Part shown: piece by piece, positions 7,586-14,117 of the stretch
Layout: each line of letters starts with the position of its first letter
How positions within the stretch are numbered: position 1 is the first letter of the stretch
Source: a virus
Lineage: Duplodnaviria > Caudoviricetes
Direction: 5' to 3' (one strand)
IMG/VR virus record: IMGVR_UViG_3300012665_000204
Location: 1-38,227 of that record
Length of the DNA: 38,227 bases
Made by a program: the position numbers and the translations under genes
The notes under the pieces: model-generated
Database searches by the model: none
Told to the model about the DNA's origin: nothing
What the model saw: the letters and a program-made list of their open reading frames with translations, nothing else

Positions 7586-9165
7586 AATACATCCTTGATC
7601 TCTAGCATACGACCGGTATCACGATTGTAGAGCAAGCTTGCACAATGCGGTGACGTAAGACCTGCAAAGCGATTCTTTAGGATTGATACCTTAGTGGTAT
7701 TACGCTCCATAGGGTCTTCTGCTTGTGCATTGCGAACCAGTCCGATAACAATGTCAGATAGCTGAGCAATTGATCCAGAGCCACGAAGTTGTGACAAGGA
7801 TGTCGCAGCTCCTTCTTCGTGTCCTTTTGATTCTGGACGCTTCAGGTGCGATACTGCGATCAAGCAAATGCCAGTCTCCTGTACCAGCATACGAAGCTTA
7901 GTCATCAGCTCATCAATCGACTTACGCTCATCACCATTTGACTGAGCACTGACAACCATACTAATGTGATCAAGAAATACATACTTGCAGTCCGATGCCT
8001 TAGCGAAGTAACGAATGCGATTAATGACGTTATCAATGTCAGTAGAACCAAAGTTATCCCAAAAGAATAAACGATCAGTAGCCAAAGTGTTGTCGAATGC
8101 ATCTTTCAATTCCTCCTGAGAGACCTGAGTACTAGGTAAGTGTAGTGGCTTATTAGCGTACAGTGACATAATAGATTTAGCAGTCTTACTGACTGACTCC
8201 TCCATAAACATACAGCCTATACGTCCGTCCGTGGTCTTAAGCAGGTGCCAAAGAATTTCTCGAAGGAATTGTGATTTGCCAAGACCTGATCCAGCAGTGA
8301 CTGTGATGAGTTCAGCAGGTCTAATTCCATAAGTGAGTTCGTTAACACCGTCCCATGGGTATAAGGCAAGCGACTGCTCGACTGGCTTCGTAACTTCGTC
8401 CCATAATGATGATCCGGCAATGATCCCGTCTGGAGTCCATTGTTCGGCATTCCACCATAAGTTAACATACTCTGCACTCTTACCACCTTTGAGATAGTCG
8501 CAAGCATCTTTGTACCCTGTTAAGTGTTTAATGATTTTACATTTAGAACCAAACAATTCTGCTACTTCGTTAACTGCTTTTGTACCGGCTTCGTCACTGT
8601 CAAACGACAAGTAGATTGTCTCGAAGCTATCAAGCCATTCATACTGTGCTTTACAGTCCTTTAGAGCAGCACTAGCACCGTTTTTAACAGAGACATGGGG
8701 ATACTTACTACCAGCCATCTGAAACCCTGCCAGAGCGTCTAATTCGCCTTCGTGGATAGTGACGTTACGACCACCCTTAGCAAACTTATTCTGTCCAAAT
8801 AACGTAGTGGCTTTCCAGTCACCTTGAATAGAAAATTGCTTGTCTGCTACGGTGCGAACCTTAAGACCGGCAATGGCATTGTCACTATCAAAGTAAGGAT
8901 AGTAATGCTTTGAGTCGTCTTGACGTACTCCATAGGCTAACGCAGTATTGTAAGTAATGCCACGATCACTGATAGCACCGCTAGTAAGATTGTCATAATT
9001 AGTAAAATTCCGCATAGGTTTAGTTTTCTGAGTTGATTCGACACCATCACCATCAATGTAATTAAAGCAAACATGACAGTATTCGTGATTGTCCGTATAG
9101 ATGGAATTACCATCACTAGATCCACACTTGGTGCATGGAATGTGTTTTATAAAGTGGCTAGTCAT
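7582..9165 (-). CDS. Primase-helicase (T7 gp4-like)
   Basis: N-terminal Cys4 Zn finger, TOPRIM EGELD/FDSD, Walker A AGSGLGKS, FLDH, LRGSGSIAQLSD, KNR. Confidence 0.96.
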   Translation of the reverse strand: MTSHFIKHIPCTKCGSSDGNSIYTDNHEYCHVCFNYIDGDGVESTQKTKPMRNFTNYDNLTSGAISDRGITYNTALAYGVRQDDSKHYYPYFDSDNAIAGLKVRTVADKQFSIQGDWKATTLFGQNKFAKGGRNVTIHEGELDALAGFQMAGSKYPHVSVKNGASAALKDCKAQYEWLDSFETIYLSFDSDEAGTKAVNEVAELFGSKCKIIKHLTGYKDACDYLKGGKSAEYVNLWWNAEQWTPDGIIAGSSLWDEVTKPVEQSLALYPWDGVNELTYGIRPAELITVTAGSGLGKSQFLREILWHLLKTTDGRIGCMFMEESVSKTAKSIMSLYANKPLHLPSTQVSQEELKDAFDNTLATDRLFFWDNFGSTDIDNVINRIRYFAKASDCKYVFLDHISMVVSAQSNGDERKSIDELMTKLRMLVQETGICLIAVSHLKRPESKGHEEGAATSLSQLRGSGSIAQLSDIVIGLVRNAQAEDPMERNTTKVSILKNRFAGLTSPHCASLLYNRDTGRMLEIKDVL

Positions 9166-9410
9166 AGGATCCCATGCATCTTCTCTAGTGCTCTAAAAAA
9201 CCCTATTAGATCATCAGGTTTAGACACTACGGGCAATGTTGTAATAAAGTCTGTCATCTCGTTGTCTGTTAGTGGCTTAGGGAGCATGATAGCGTTACTT
9301 AACTCCTCCGGTGTAATGCCAATATCCTTAGCACAGCTCTCGCATACGAGTACGTATTTTTCGTCATTCATTTGATTGTCTATCCTTCCTACGTAATTCG
9401 ATGCGGTCAT
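9162..9410 (-). CDS. Hypothetical protein
   Basis: ORF; KPLTDNEM...FFRALEKMHGI C-terminus; ATGA coupling; start may be 9370. Confidence 0.7.
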   Translation of the reverse strand: MTASNYVGRIDNQMNDEKYVLVCESCAKDIGITPEELSNAIMLPKPLTDNEMTDFITTLPVVSKPDDLIGFFRALEKMHGIL

Positions 9411-9519
9411 AGATGTCAGTCATAACGACATCAATACCATATAGGGCAACTGCAAGCTCAATATCATCTAAAGTAAAGTGATACCAAGCATTTTGTGACG
9501 TGAAGCGGTCTTCGTTCAT
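9364..9519 (-). CDS. Hypothetical protein (51 aa)
   Basis: GGAG SD before ATG 9519 (MNEDRF...). Confidence 0.7.
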   Translation of the reverse strand: MNEDRFTSQNAWYHFTLDDIELAVALYGIDVVMTDIYDRIELRRKDRQSNE

Positions 9520-9543
9520 AGTGTTGTTCTCCGTTTTTAGTGA

Positions 9544-9625
9544 AGCCCTACTATACTTATAAGTTAAGACATATATGTATAAATAATTGAGTTTTTTATA
9601 CATATAAGAAAAACATCCTTAGTGT
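9544..9625 (-). promoter_or_regulatory. Bipartite leader element, copy 1 (box A + AT-rich spacer + box B)
   Basis: ACACTAAGGATGTTTTT (9625-9609) and AAGTATAGTAGGGCT (9558-9544), also present at 13584-13711. Confidence 0.75.
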
Positions 9626-9638
9626 CTTACTTCATAGT

Positions 9639-9666
9639 ATTATAGTGCAAAATCTTAGTCTGTTAA
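9639..9666 (-). promoter_or_regulatory. sigma70-type promoter for the replication operon
   Basis: TTAACA-N16-TATAAT on the minus strand. Confidence 0.65.
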
Positions 9667-9885
9667 AGGGTTTTCGTTCCACGATGTAAAATAGTCCTCT
9701 TTTTCCACATTGTGAAATTCATCATCTTCGTCTTCATGCCGTAGGTCTGTTCGCTCAACGGCTAACACTTCACTAGAAATAGAGCCATAACACTTATTGC
9801 ACATATCTAGAAAATCGCCAGTTGATACACTTTTGCGTGTCGCTTCGTAATCGGACAACGCTTTATTGCAACAATAGCATCTCAT
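9655..9885 (-). CDS. Small Zn-finger protein with acidic tail
   Basis: CYCC...CNKC; AAGGA SD. Confidence 0.8.
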   Translation of the reverse strand: MRCYCCNKALSDYEATRKSVSTGDFLDMCNKCYGSISSEVLAVERTDLRHEDEDDEFHNVEKEDYFTSWNENPLTD

Positions 9886-9948
9886 AATAGAATCCTTTTA
9901 AATCGATTTTAAGGGGCTTTTTAGCCGTTTTCTCATACCAGTTGATAC

Positions 9949-10167
9949 CTAGCCTTCACTTTGCTCTTCATCTCCTCCTAAGCCCTGTATTTTCTTGAAG
10001 TCAAAATAGGCTTTGACGTCCTCTTCCTTCATAGCTTGCATCTCTGCTTTAGTGAAAACACACTTGTATATACGCTTCCATTCCAGTAGAAAATCAGCGT
10101 ATTGACGGGCTTCGTTATAGCAATCAAAGGGAAAACCATTGACATAGTAATTGTGCTCATATTTCAT
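9949..10167 (-). CDS. Early hypothetical protein
   Basis: ORF with TAAGGA SD. Confidence 0.75.
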   Translation of the reverse strand: MKYEHNYYVNGFPFDCYNEARQYADFLLEWKRIYKCVFTKAEMQAMKEEDVKAYFDFKKIQGLGGDEEQSEG

Positions 10168-10179
10168 AATGTGAAATCC

Positions 10180-10467
10180 TTAATCGTTACGTTCATAATA
10201 GGCTTCTTCTGCGAATTTTTGACCCATCTCAAGCCAATATTCGGTTATCTGTAGCTTTTCTGCTTCGGTGCAATCGTCCCAAGATCCTATATCATCCCTT
10301 AGACCTAGCTCGCCTACAGCTTCTCCAAAGTTACGCTCCTCCCTAGGATCAATATAACCACCTTCTCTGCTCTCAAACTTAATCCAGTCCTCCATCCATA
10401 GCTCCATCCCTTCATAGTCTTCTCCGTCCTCCGGCTCATAATATCTATCGTGTAATGATGTACCCAT
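10180..10467 (-). CDS. Highly acidic early protein
   Basis: GGAGG SD; about 29 D/E versus 9 K/R in 95 aa (hand count). Confidence 0.8.
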   Translation of the reverse strand: MGTSLHDRYYEPEDGEDYEGMELWMEDWIKFESREGGYIDPREERNFGEAVGELGLRDDIGSWDDCTEAEKLQITEYWLEMGQKFAEEAYYERND

Positions 10468-10468
10468 T

Positions 10469-10666
10469 TTATAAGACCTCCTCTATAGAATTGTAACCTA
10501 ATAAGTATAAATTATTTTTAAGCTTTTTTAGTGCTCTTTTTTCAATCTCACATACAGCTTGATGACTGATCCCCATCATAGTGCCAATTTGATCATAAGT
10601 GTAAGTATCAACCCTTCGGCAAGCTTTACAAGTGTAATACGGATCGCATTTACAAGCTTCATTCAT
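10469..10666 (-). CDS. Stand-alone sigma70 region 4-like HTH protein
   Basis: YTYDQIGTMMGISHQAVCEIEKRALKKLK matches the sigma 4.2 pattern; N-terminal CKC...CKAC. Confidence 0.8.
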   Translation of the reverse strand: MNEACKCDPYYTCKACRRVDTYTYDQIGTMMGISHQAVCEIEKRALKKLKNNLYLLGYNSIEEVL

Positions 10667-10832
10667 TGTCTATCCTCCAATAGCCCGTTTTATTGCCGTT
10701 AGTGTCATAAATAGAGCTATCCTTAGTGCCTTGTCCTATTCTGCTGATGACATACTCTAGATTTTCCCCTAGCTCCCATCCTAGATTGTCATAAGCTTCA
10801 TTGTCTAAGTTTATTTCAATAATAAGCTTCAT
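10659..10832 (-). CDS. Early hypothetical protein
   Basis: GGAGG SD; MKLIIEINLDNEAY...IYDTNGNKTG. Confidence 0.75.
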   Translation of the reverse strand: MKLIIEINLDNEAYDNLGWELGENLEYVISRIGQGTKDSSIYDTNGNKTGYWRIDNE

Positions 10833-10840
10833 AGATCCTC

Positions 10841-11125
10841 CTAAGTATTCCATAAATTAAGGGTTTTAATCTCTTCTATAGCTTGTTTTCGGATGGAGTT
10901 TAACTCATTGGCTATATCGTCACCTCCTATAGACTTGATCCATCCGCTTCCATGCCATGAATGATATTTATCATGGTAAGTAAGATCTATCCAATTCTCA
11001 CCCCATGTAATTGTAAAATTCTTGGCTCCTTGCTTTAAGTACTCCGCTATTGTTCGCATAATAACGGCTTTAGATGGTCGTCTATTGTTATAGGTGATCT
11101 CAATCACTGGATACATTGTCGACAT
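10841..11125 (-). CDS. Early hypothetical protein
   Basis: ORF track, tightly packed in the operon. Confidence 0.75.
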   Translation of the reverse strand: MSTMYPVIEITYNNRRPSKAVIMRTIAEYLKQGAKNFTITWGENWIDLTYHDKYHSWHGSGWIKSIGGDDIANELNSIRKQAIEEIKTLNLWNT

Positions 11126-11127
11126 AA

Positions 11128-11361
11128 TTAAACCCCTTTCACGTTGATAATTGAGTCTTTATTGATAGCCCTATAGCCTTCGGACTGTAGATCATAGACT
11201 GTAATAAACTTCTCAGGATCTAGGGTGCTAGATCCTCCCTTAAGGTGCTTAGTAACTCCTAGACGGCAATTCATTAGACGCTTAGTGCCATCCTTTTTAA
11301 TGAATTCAACGCTAAAGATTTTCCCGTTACTATTCAGAATTCTATCTACAAAGTTTTCCAT
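11128..11361 (-). CDS. WYL_2/SH3-like beta-barrel protein
   Basis: FSVEFIKKDGTKRLMNC...VYDLQSEGYRAI pattern; AGGAG SD. Confidence 0.75.
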   Translation of the reverse strand: MENFVDRILNSNGKIFSVEFIKKDGTKRLMNCRLGVTKHLKGGSSTLDPEKFITVYDLQSEGYRAINKDSIINVKGV

Positions 11362-11374
11362 TTTTACTACTCCT

Positions 11375-12019
11375 TTATTGTTTTGCCGCAATGATTTTGA
11401 TTACCTTAGCCATCTTTACCCCATGAGCCTTATACGCAATGATAGAGACGTCCTTATCATAACAAGCTCTGCAGCCGTTGCACTTTCCTTCATGCTTATA
11501 GGCTTCGCACTCCTTAGCACCCTTTGGCAATACGTCACTAAAAATAGTCGACGTTGTTAAGCCTTCGATTGTTTCTCCAGTTACGCTATCGCTAGAATAA
11601 CGGACGACAACATTCGGCAATTTTTGCATAGCTTCAAATATAGGTAAGTATTTTTTGAATTTATACATTCTAGTAGGGAGCCAGTGATTGCACCAAGGAG
11701 TTAACGTCATAACGTCTAGCACCTTCTGAGCAAGCTCAACGCTATAGAGATCCCCTGAGTCTAGCCATCTGAAGTAACGTGAAGAGTCTAAGCCTTTCAC
11801 CATGTCACTAACCCATTCGGATCTTTTCCAGTCTTCTTTATTGTGCTCCCTTGGTGCTTTGACATTCGAAAATCTATAATTGCCCGTTGTCGCATAGCAC
11901 CCTGAACAAGCCGGCACAAGCTCACCATCTGAGCCTATAGAGCCTTGGCAGGTGTCTAGAGCTTGAAGGCTCCAAGATAGAATCCCATCCAGTTTAGAAG
12001 TTTTTGATAGTTTGATCAT
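11375..12019 (-). CDS. GP88-like Cys-rich, radical-SAM-like protein
   Basis: C-X13-CSGCYA, FRWLDSGD, WLPTR, C-terminal C..CNGCRAC; GGAGG SD at 12019. Confidence 0.8.
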   Translation of the reverse strand: MIKLSKTSKLDGILSWSLQALDTCQGSIGSDGELVPACSGCYATTGNYRFSNVKAPREHNKEDWKRSEWVSDMVKGLDSSRYFRWLDSGDLYSVELAQKVLDVMTLTPWCNHWLPTRMYKFKKYLPIFEAMQKLPNVVVRYSSDSVTGETIEGLTTSTIFSDVLPKGAKECEAYKHEGKCNGCRACYDKDVSIIAYKAHGVKMAKVIKIIAAKQ

Positions 12020-12020
12020 T

Positions 12021-12110
12021 TTAAAATCCTCCAGTTTTATAGACATAAATTAATAATGGTATGGTAAAGCAGAGTAAACCTAATAGACATCCTTGTAAAA
12101 ACTTAATCAT
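12021..12110 (-). CDS. 29-aa single-TM peptide
   Basis: Hand translation MIKFLQGCLLGLLCFTIPLLIYVYKTGGF; GGAG SD. Confidence 0.65.
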   Translation of the reverse strand: MIKFLQGCLLGLLCFTIPLLIYVYKTGGF

Positions 12111-12291
12111 TTTTAGCTCCATTCATAAATCCAAGTTTAATTGCAAGTAATTCGAGATTGTTTTCAAACTCTTCTAATCTTCTAGAGCTTACACTTAAGC
12201 CCGTAATATCAGAACAGAATGCAATCTTATCGGTAAGGCTTGCATATTCCTGAGCATTCTCTACTGTTAAATATTGTCCTAAGTTAATCAT
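12103..12291 (-). CDS. Early hypothetical protein
   Basis: ORF with AAGGA SD. Confidence 0.75.
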   Translation of the reverse strand: MINLGQYLTVENAQEYASLTDKIAFCSDITGLSVSSRRLEEFENNLELLAIKLGFMNGAKND

Positions 12292-12302
12292 GATCTTTTC
12301 CT

Positions 12303-12500
12303 TTAAATTGCTTTTACTTTCCTGAGATCTATTACGGCTTGATCTAAGTGCTCAATGGTGCTCTCAATGTAATCGTATGTAGGCAGATTACCCCTTAAGT
12401 CCTTAATGGTCTCTGAAGCGTCTCTAAGCAAGGACTGAAGATAAATAATTCTACCTAATGAAGACATTTTGTTTAAATCAATCTCTGTTCTATATTTCAC
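12303..12500 (-). CDS. Early hypothetical protein
   Basis: GTG start with AGGAG SD. Confidence 0.75.
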   Translation of the reverse strand: MKYRTEIDLNKMSSLGRIIYLQSLLRDASETIKDLRGNLPTYDYIESTIEHLDQAVIDLRKVKAI

Positions 12501-12720
12501 GTTTTGCTCCTTTTGCGTTAATTAAATCAAAATAAGGACTTACTAATTTAATTGCTTCGAATACTGAATTGTTATTTTTGATTGCTCTACCTGTTTTACC
12601 TTTAAGCGTCCAGTGGTTTGTAATTGCGTCTAACTCTAATATTTTGCCGTTATCTAGAAAAAACTTAGTGTATTCGGTGTCATCTTCTCTAGTGATATTC
12701 CAGTGGTTTGTAATCTTCAT
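12490..12720 (-). CDS. First early gene, hypothetical protein
   Basis: TAAGGA SD before ATG 12720 (MKITNHW...). Confidence 0.75.
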   Translation of the reverse strand: MKITNHWNITREDDTEYTKFFLDNGKILELDAITNHWTLKGKTGRAIKNNNSVFEAIKLVSPYFDLINAKGAKREI

Positions 12721-12733
12721 TTTACTTTCCTTA

Positions 12734-12752
12734 TTAAGAATGATTCTCATTT
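12734..12752. promoter_or_regulatory. Fur box-like site
   Basis: Minus strand AATGAGAATCATTCTTAAT, 7-1-7 inverted repeat. Confidence 0.6.
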
Positions 12753-12781
12753 ACTAATTGTATTGCTTGCTCCGATGACTA

Positions 12782-12810
12782 ATAGTCTCATGCCATTATT
12801 AGGTCGTCAA
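12782..12810 (-). promoter_or_regulatory. Early sigma70-type promoter
   Basis: TTGACG-N17-GACTAT with extended TG. Confidence 0.55.
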
Positions 12811-12842
12811 TACCAATTACGGGAATTTCAGGGTATTTTTTA

Positions 12843-12879
12843 ATTGTATTTAACTATCGCATTGATTAATAAAATCTAT
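12843..12879. promoter_or_regulatory. OxyR-like binding site
   Basis: ATTG-N7-CTAT-N7-ATTA-N7-CTAT. Confidence 0.55.
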
Positions 12880-13026
12880 CACCCTGAGAGCCTTATACTT
12901 ATTGAGTTACTAGAGATCTCTAAACTAATGAGCCTGAATATCATCTCTTACTATGAAGGCTCCTAAGCCCCTTTAAAGCCCTTGTAATTGATTGTCATAT
13001 TAAACCCATGATTCTTTGAAGTTATC

Positions 13027-13219
13027 TAGTGAGTATGTACTAACTTAAGTACTGTATGTCTATCCAGTACTGTATAGGTTACTGTATAGGATCCTAAATA
13101 GCCCTATACACTTACCCTTTGTAGGGTCTCTAAAGTAAGTACTCACTAACCCTTAGCCTTCGGAGTACATGTAAGTAAGTACTCACTAACGTAACTCCGA
13201 AGTGACTGCTCACTAACTT
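13027..13219 (+). repeat. Four quasi-palindromic repeats resembling SlmA-binding sites
   Basis: Cores at 13029-13040, 13135-13146, 13175-13186 and 13202-13213, each followed by TAAC; AAGTAAGTACTCACTAAC exact twice. Confidence 0.75.
13050..13069. promoter_or_regulatory. LexA (SOS) box, Beta/Gammaproteobacterial type
   Basis: TACTGTATGTCTATCCAGTA, 17/20 to TACTG(TA)5CAGTA. Confidence 0.75.
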
Positions 13220-13361
13220 TGATGGGGGCTAGGGGTGACCTTCACAGAATTCTTTAACGGAACCCACAGAGATTCCTAAAAAGAAAAAACAAGCAATAGC
13301 TCTAAAGTAACTAAAAAGCAAGAAAAGTGACCTCTAACGTGACAAAAGAGAATCCCTTAAG

Positions 13362-13374
13362 AATCAACAGCTTA
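13362..13374 (+). promoter_or_regulatory. IHF consensus site
   Basis: AATCAACAGCTTA = WATCAANNNNTTR. Confidence 0.55.
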
Positions 13375-13526
13375 GTAACGACACTGTCCCCTTTAATGAT
13401 ATACAAATAAGTATAGTGTAAGTGAATGTCGGAGATGCCCACCCGAAGGGCTGTCTAAGATGTGCTAGGTGTGCTCCCCGAAGGGGCTACTAAGAGAAGA
13501 CATACTAAATAAATCTTACAAAGTAC

Positions 13527-13555
13527 TTGACAATGAAGAACTATTCTGTTATAAT
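13527..13555 (+). promoter_or_regulatory. Consensus sigma70 promoter for the packaging operon
   Basis: TTGACA-N17-TATAAT with extended TG. Confidence 0.9.
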
Positions 13556-13583
13556 AGTATCTAAGGAGTTCTATGTCGTTCAA

Positions 13584-13711
13584 ACACTAAGGGTGTTTTT
13601 ACTTAAGTAGATATAACTTATATTGTTATAACATTGATAGTTATAACTTAATAAGAAAAACAACTAATAAAGAAATACTCCTATAAGTTAACTTTAAAGT
13701 ATAGTAGGGCT
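13584..13711 (+). promoter_or_regulatory. Bipartite leader element, copy 2
   Basis: ACACTAAGGGTGTTTTT (13584-13600) and AAGTATAGTAGGGCT (13697-13711). Confidence 0.75.
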
Positions 13712-13742
13712 GTTCAAAAAGAACAACAACCTGAAAGGTGTC

Positions 13743-14117
13743 ATGTCTGAACTTGTCGTAAAACCTAAAGCGAAGATGGGTCGTCCTCGTAAAGAAGACC
13801 TTAAGAAAGCTAAAGCACCACTAGGTCGTCCTAAGAATGATACCGGTCGCTTAGCTGAATTTAAACAAAGACTCTTAGGAACATCAGGCAGTGCTGTCAT
13901 CGAGAAGATTATCCAGATAGGTCAGAACGATGACCATCCCGGACAGATGGCTGCATTGAAGATGGCAATGGATAGAATCTTACCGTTGTCGATGTTTGAG
14001 AAAGATGCTAAGGGTCAACGTAATGCCATCCAGATTAACATCACTGGTATTGGTGAAGCTAAGATTGAAACAGCTTCTGACTATGTCGATGAAGTAGTGG
14101 ACGAAGATGAAGCTTGA
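13743..14117 (+). CDS. terS: Terminase small subunit (putative)
   Basis: Directly upstream of terL; GRP AT-hook-like motifs; ALKMAMDRILP. Confidence 0.75.
   Translation: MSELVVKPKAKMGRPRKEDLKKAKAPLGRPKNDTGRLAEFKQRLLGTSGSAVIEKIIQIGQNDDHPGQMAALKMAMDRILPLSMFEKDAKGQRNAIQINITGIGEAKIETASDYVDEVVDEDEA

Noticed and set aside
7905-9125. Nested +1 ORFs in the primase-helicase
   Set aside because: Mostly Leu/Ile-rich shadows without SD; 8217-8507 has some rare codons but too little support
10260-13100. GATC/CTAG enrichment in the early region
   Set aside because: Hand count of about 20 GATC versus about 11 in an equal stretch of late genes; too modest to claim without statistics
13027-13219. Mini CRISPR array
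   Set aside because: Repeats are only ~18 bp with irregular 27-106 bp spacing; no cas genes
13376-13390. matS-like site (ACGACACTGTCCC)
   Set aside because: Three mismatches to GTGACRNYGTCAC, single copy
13220-13500. tRNA or structured ncRNA
   Set aside because: No cloverleaf or T-loop motif seen
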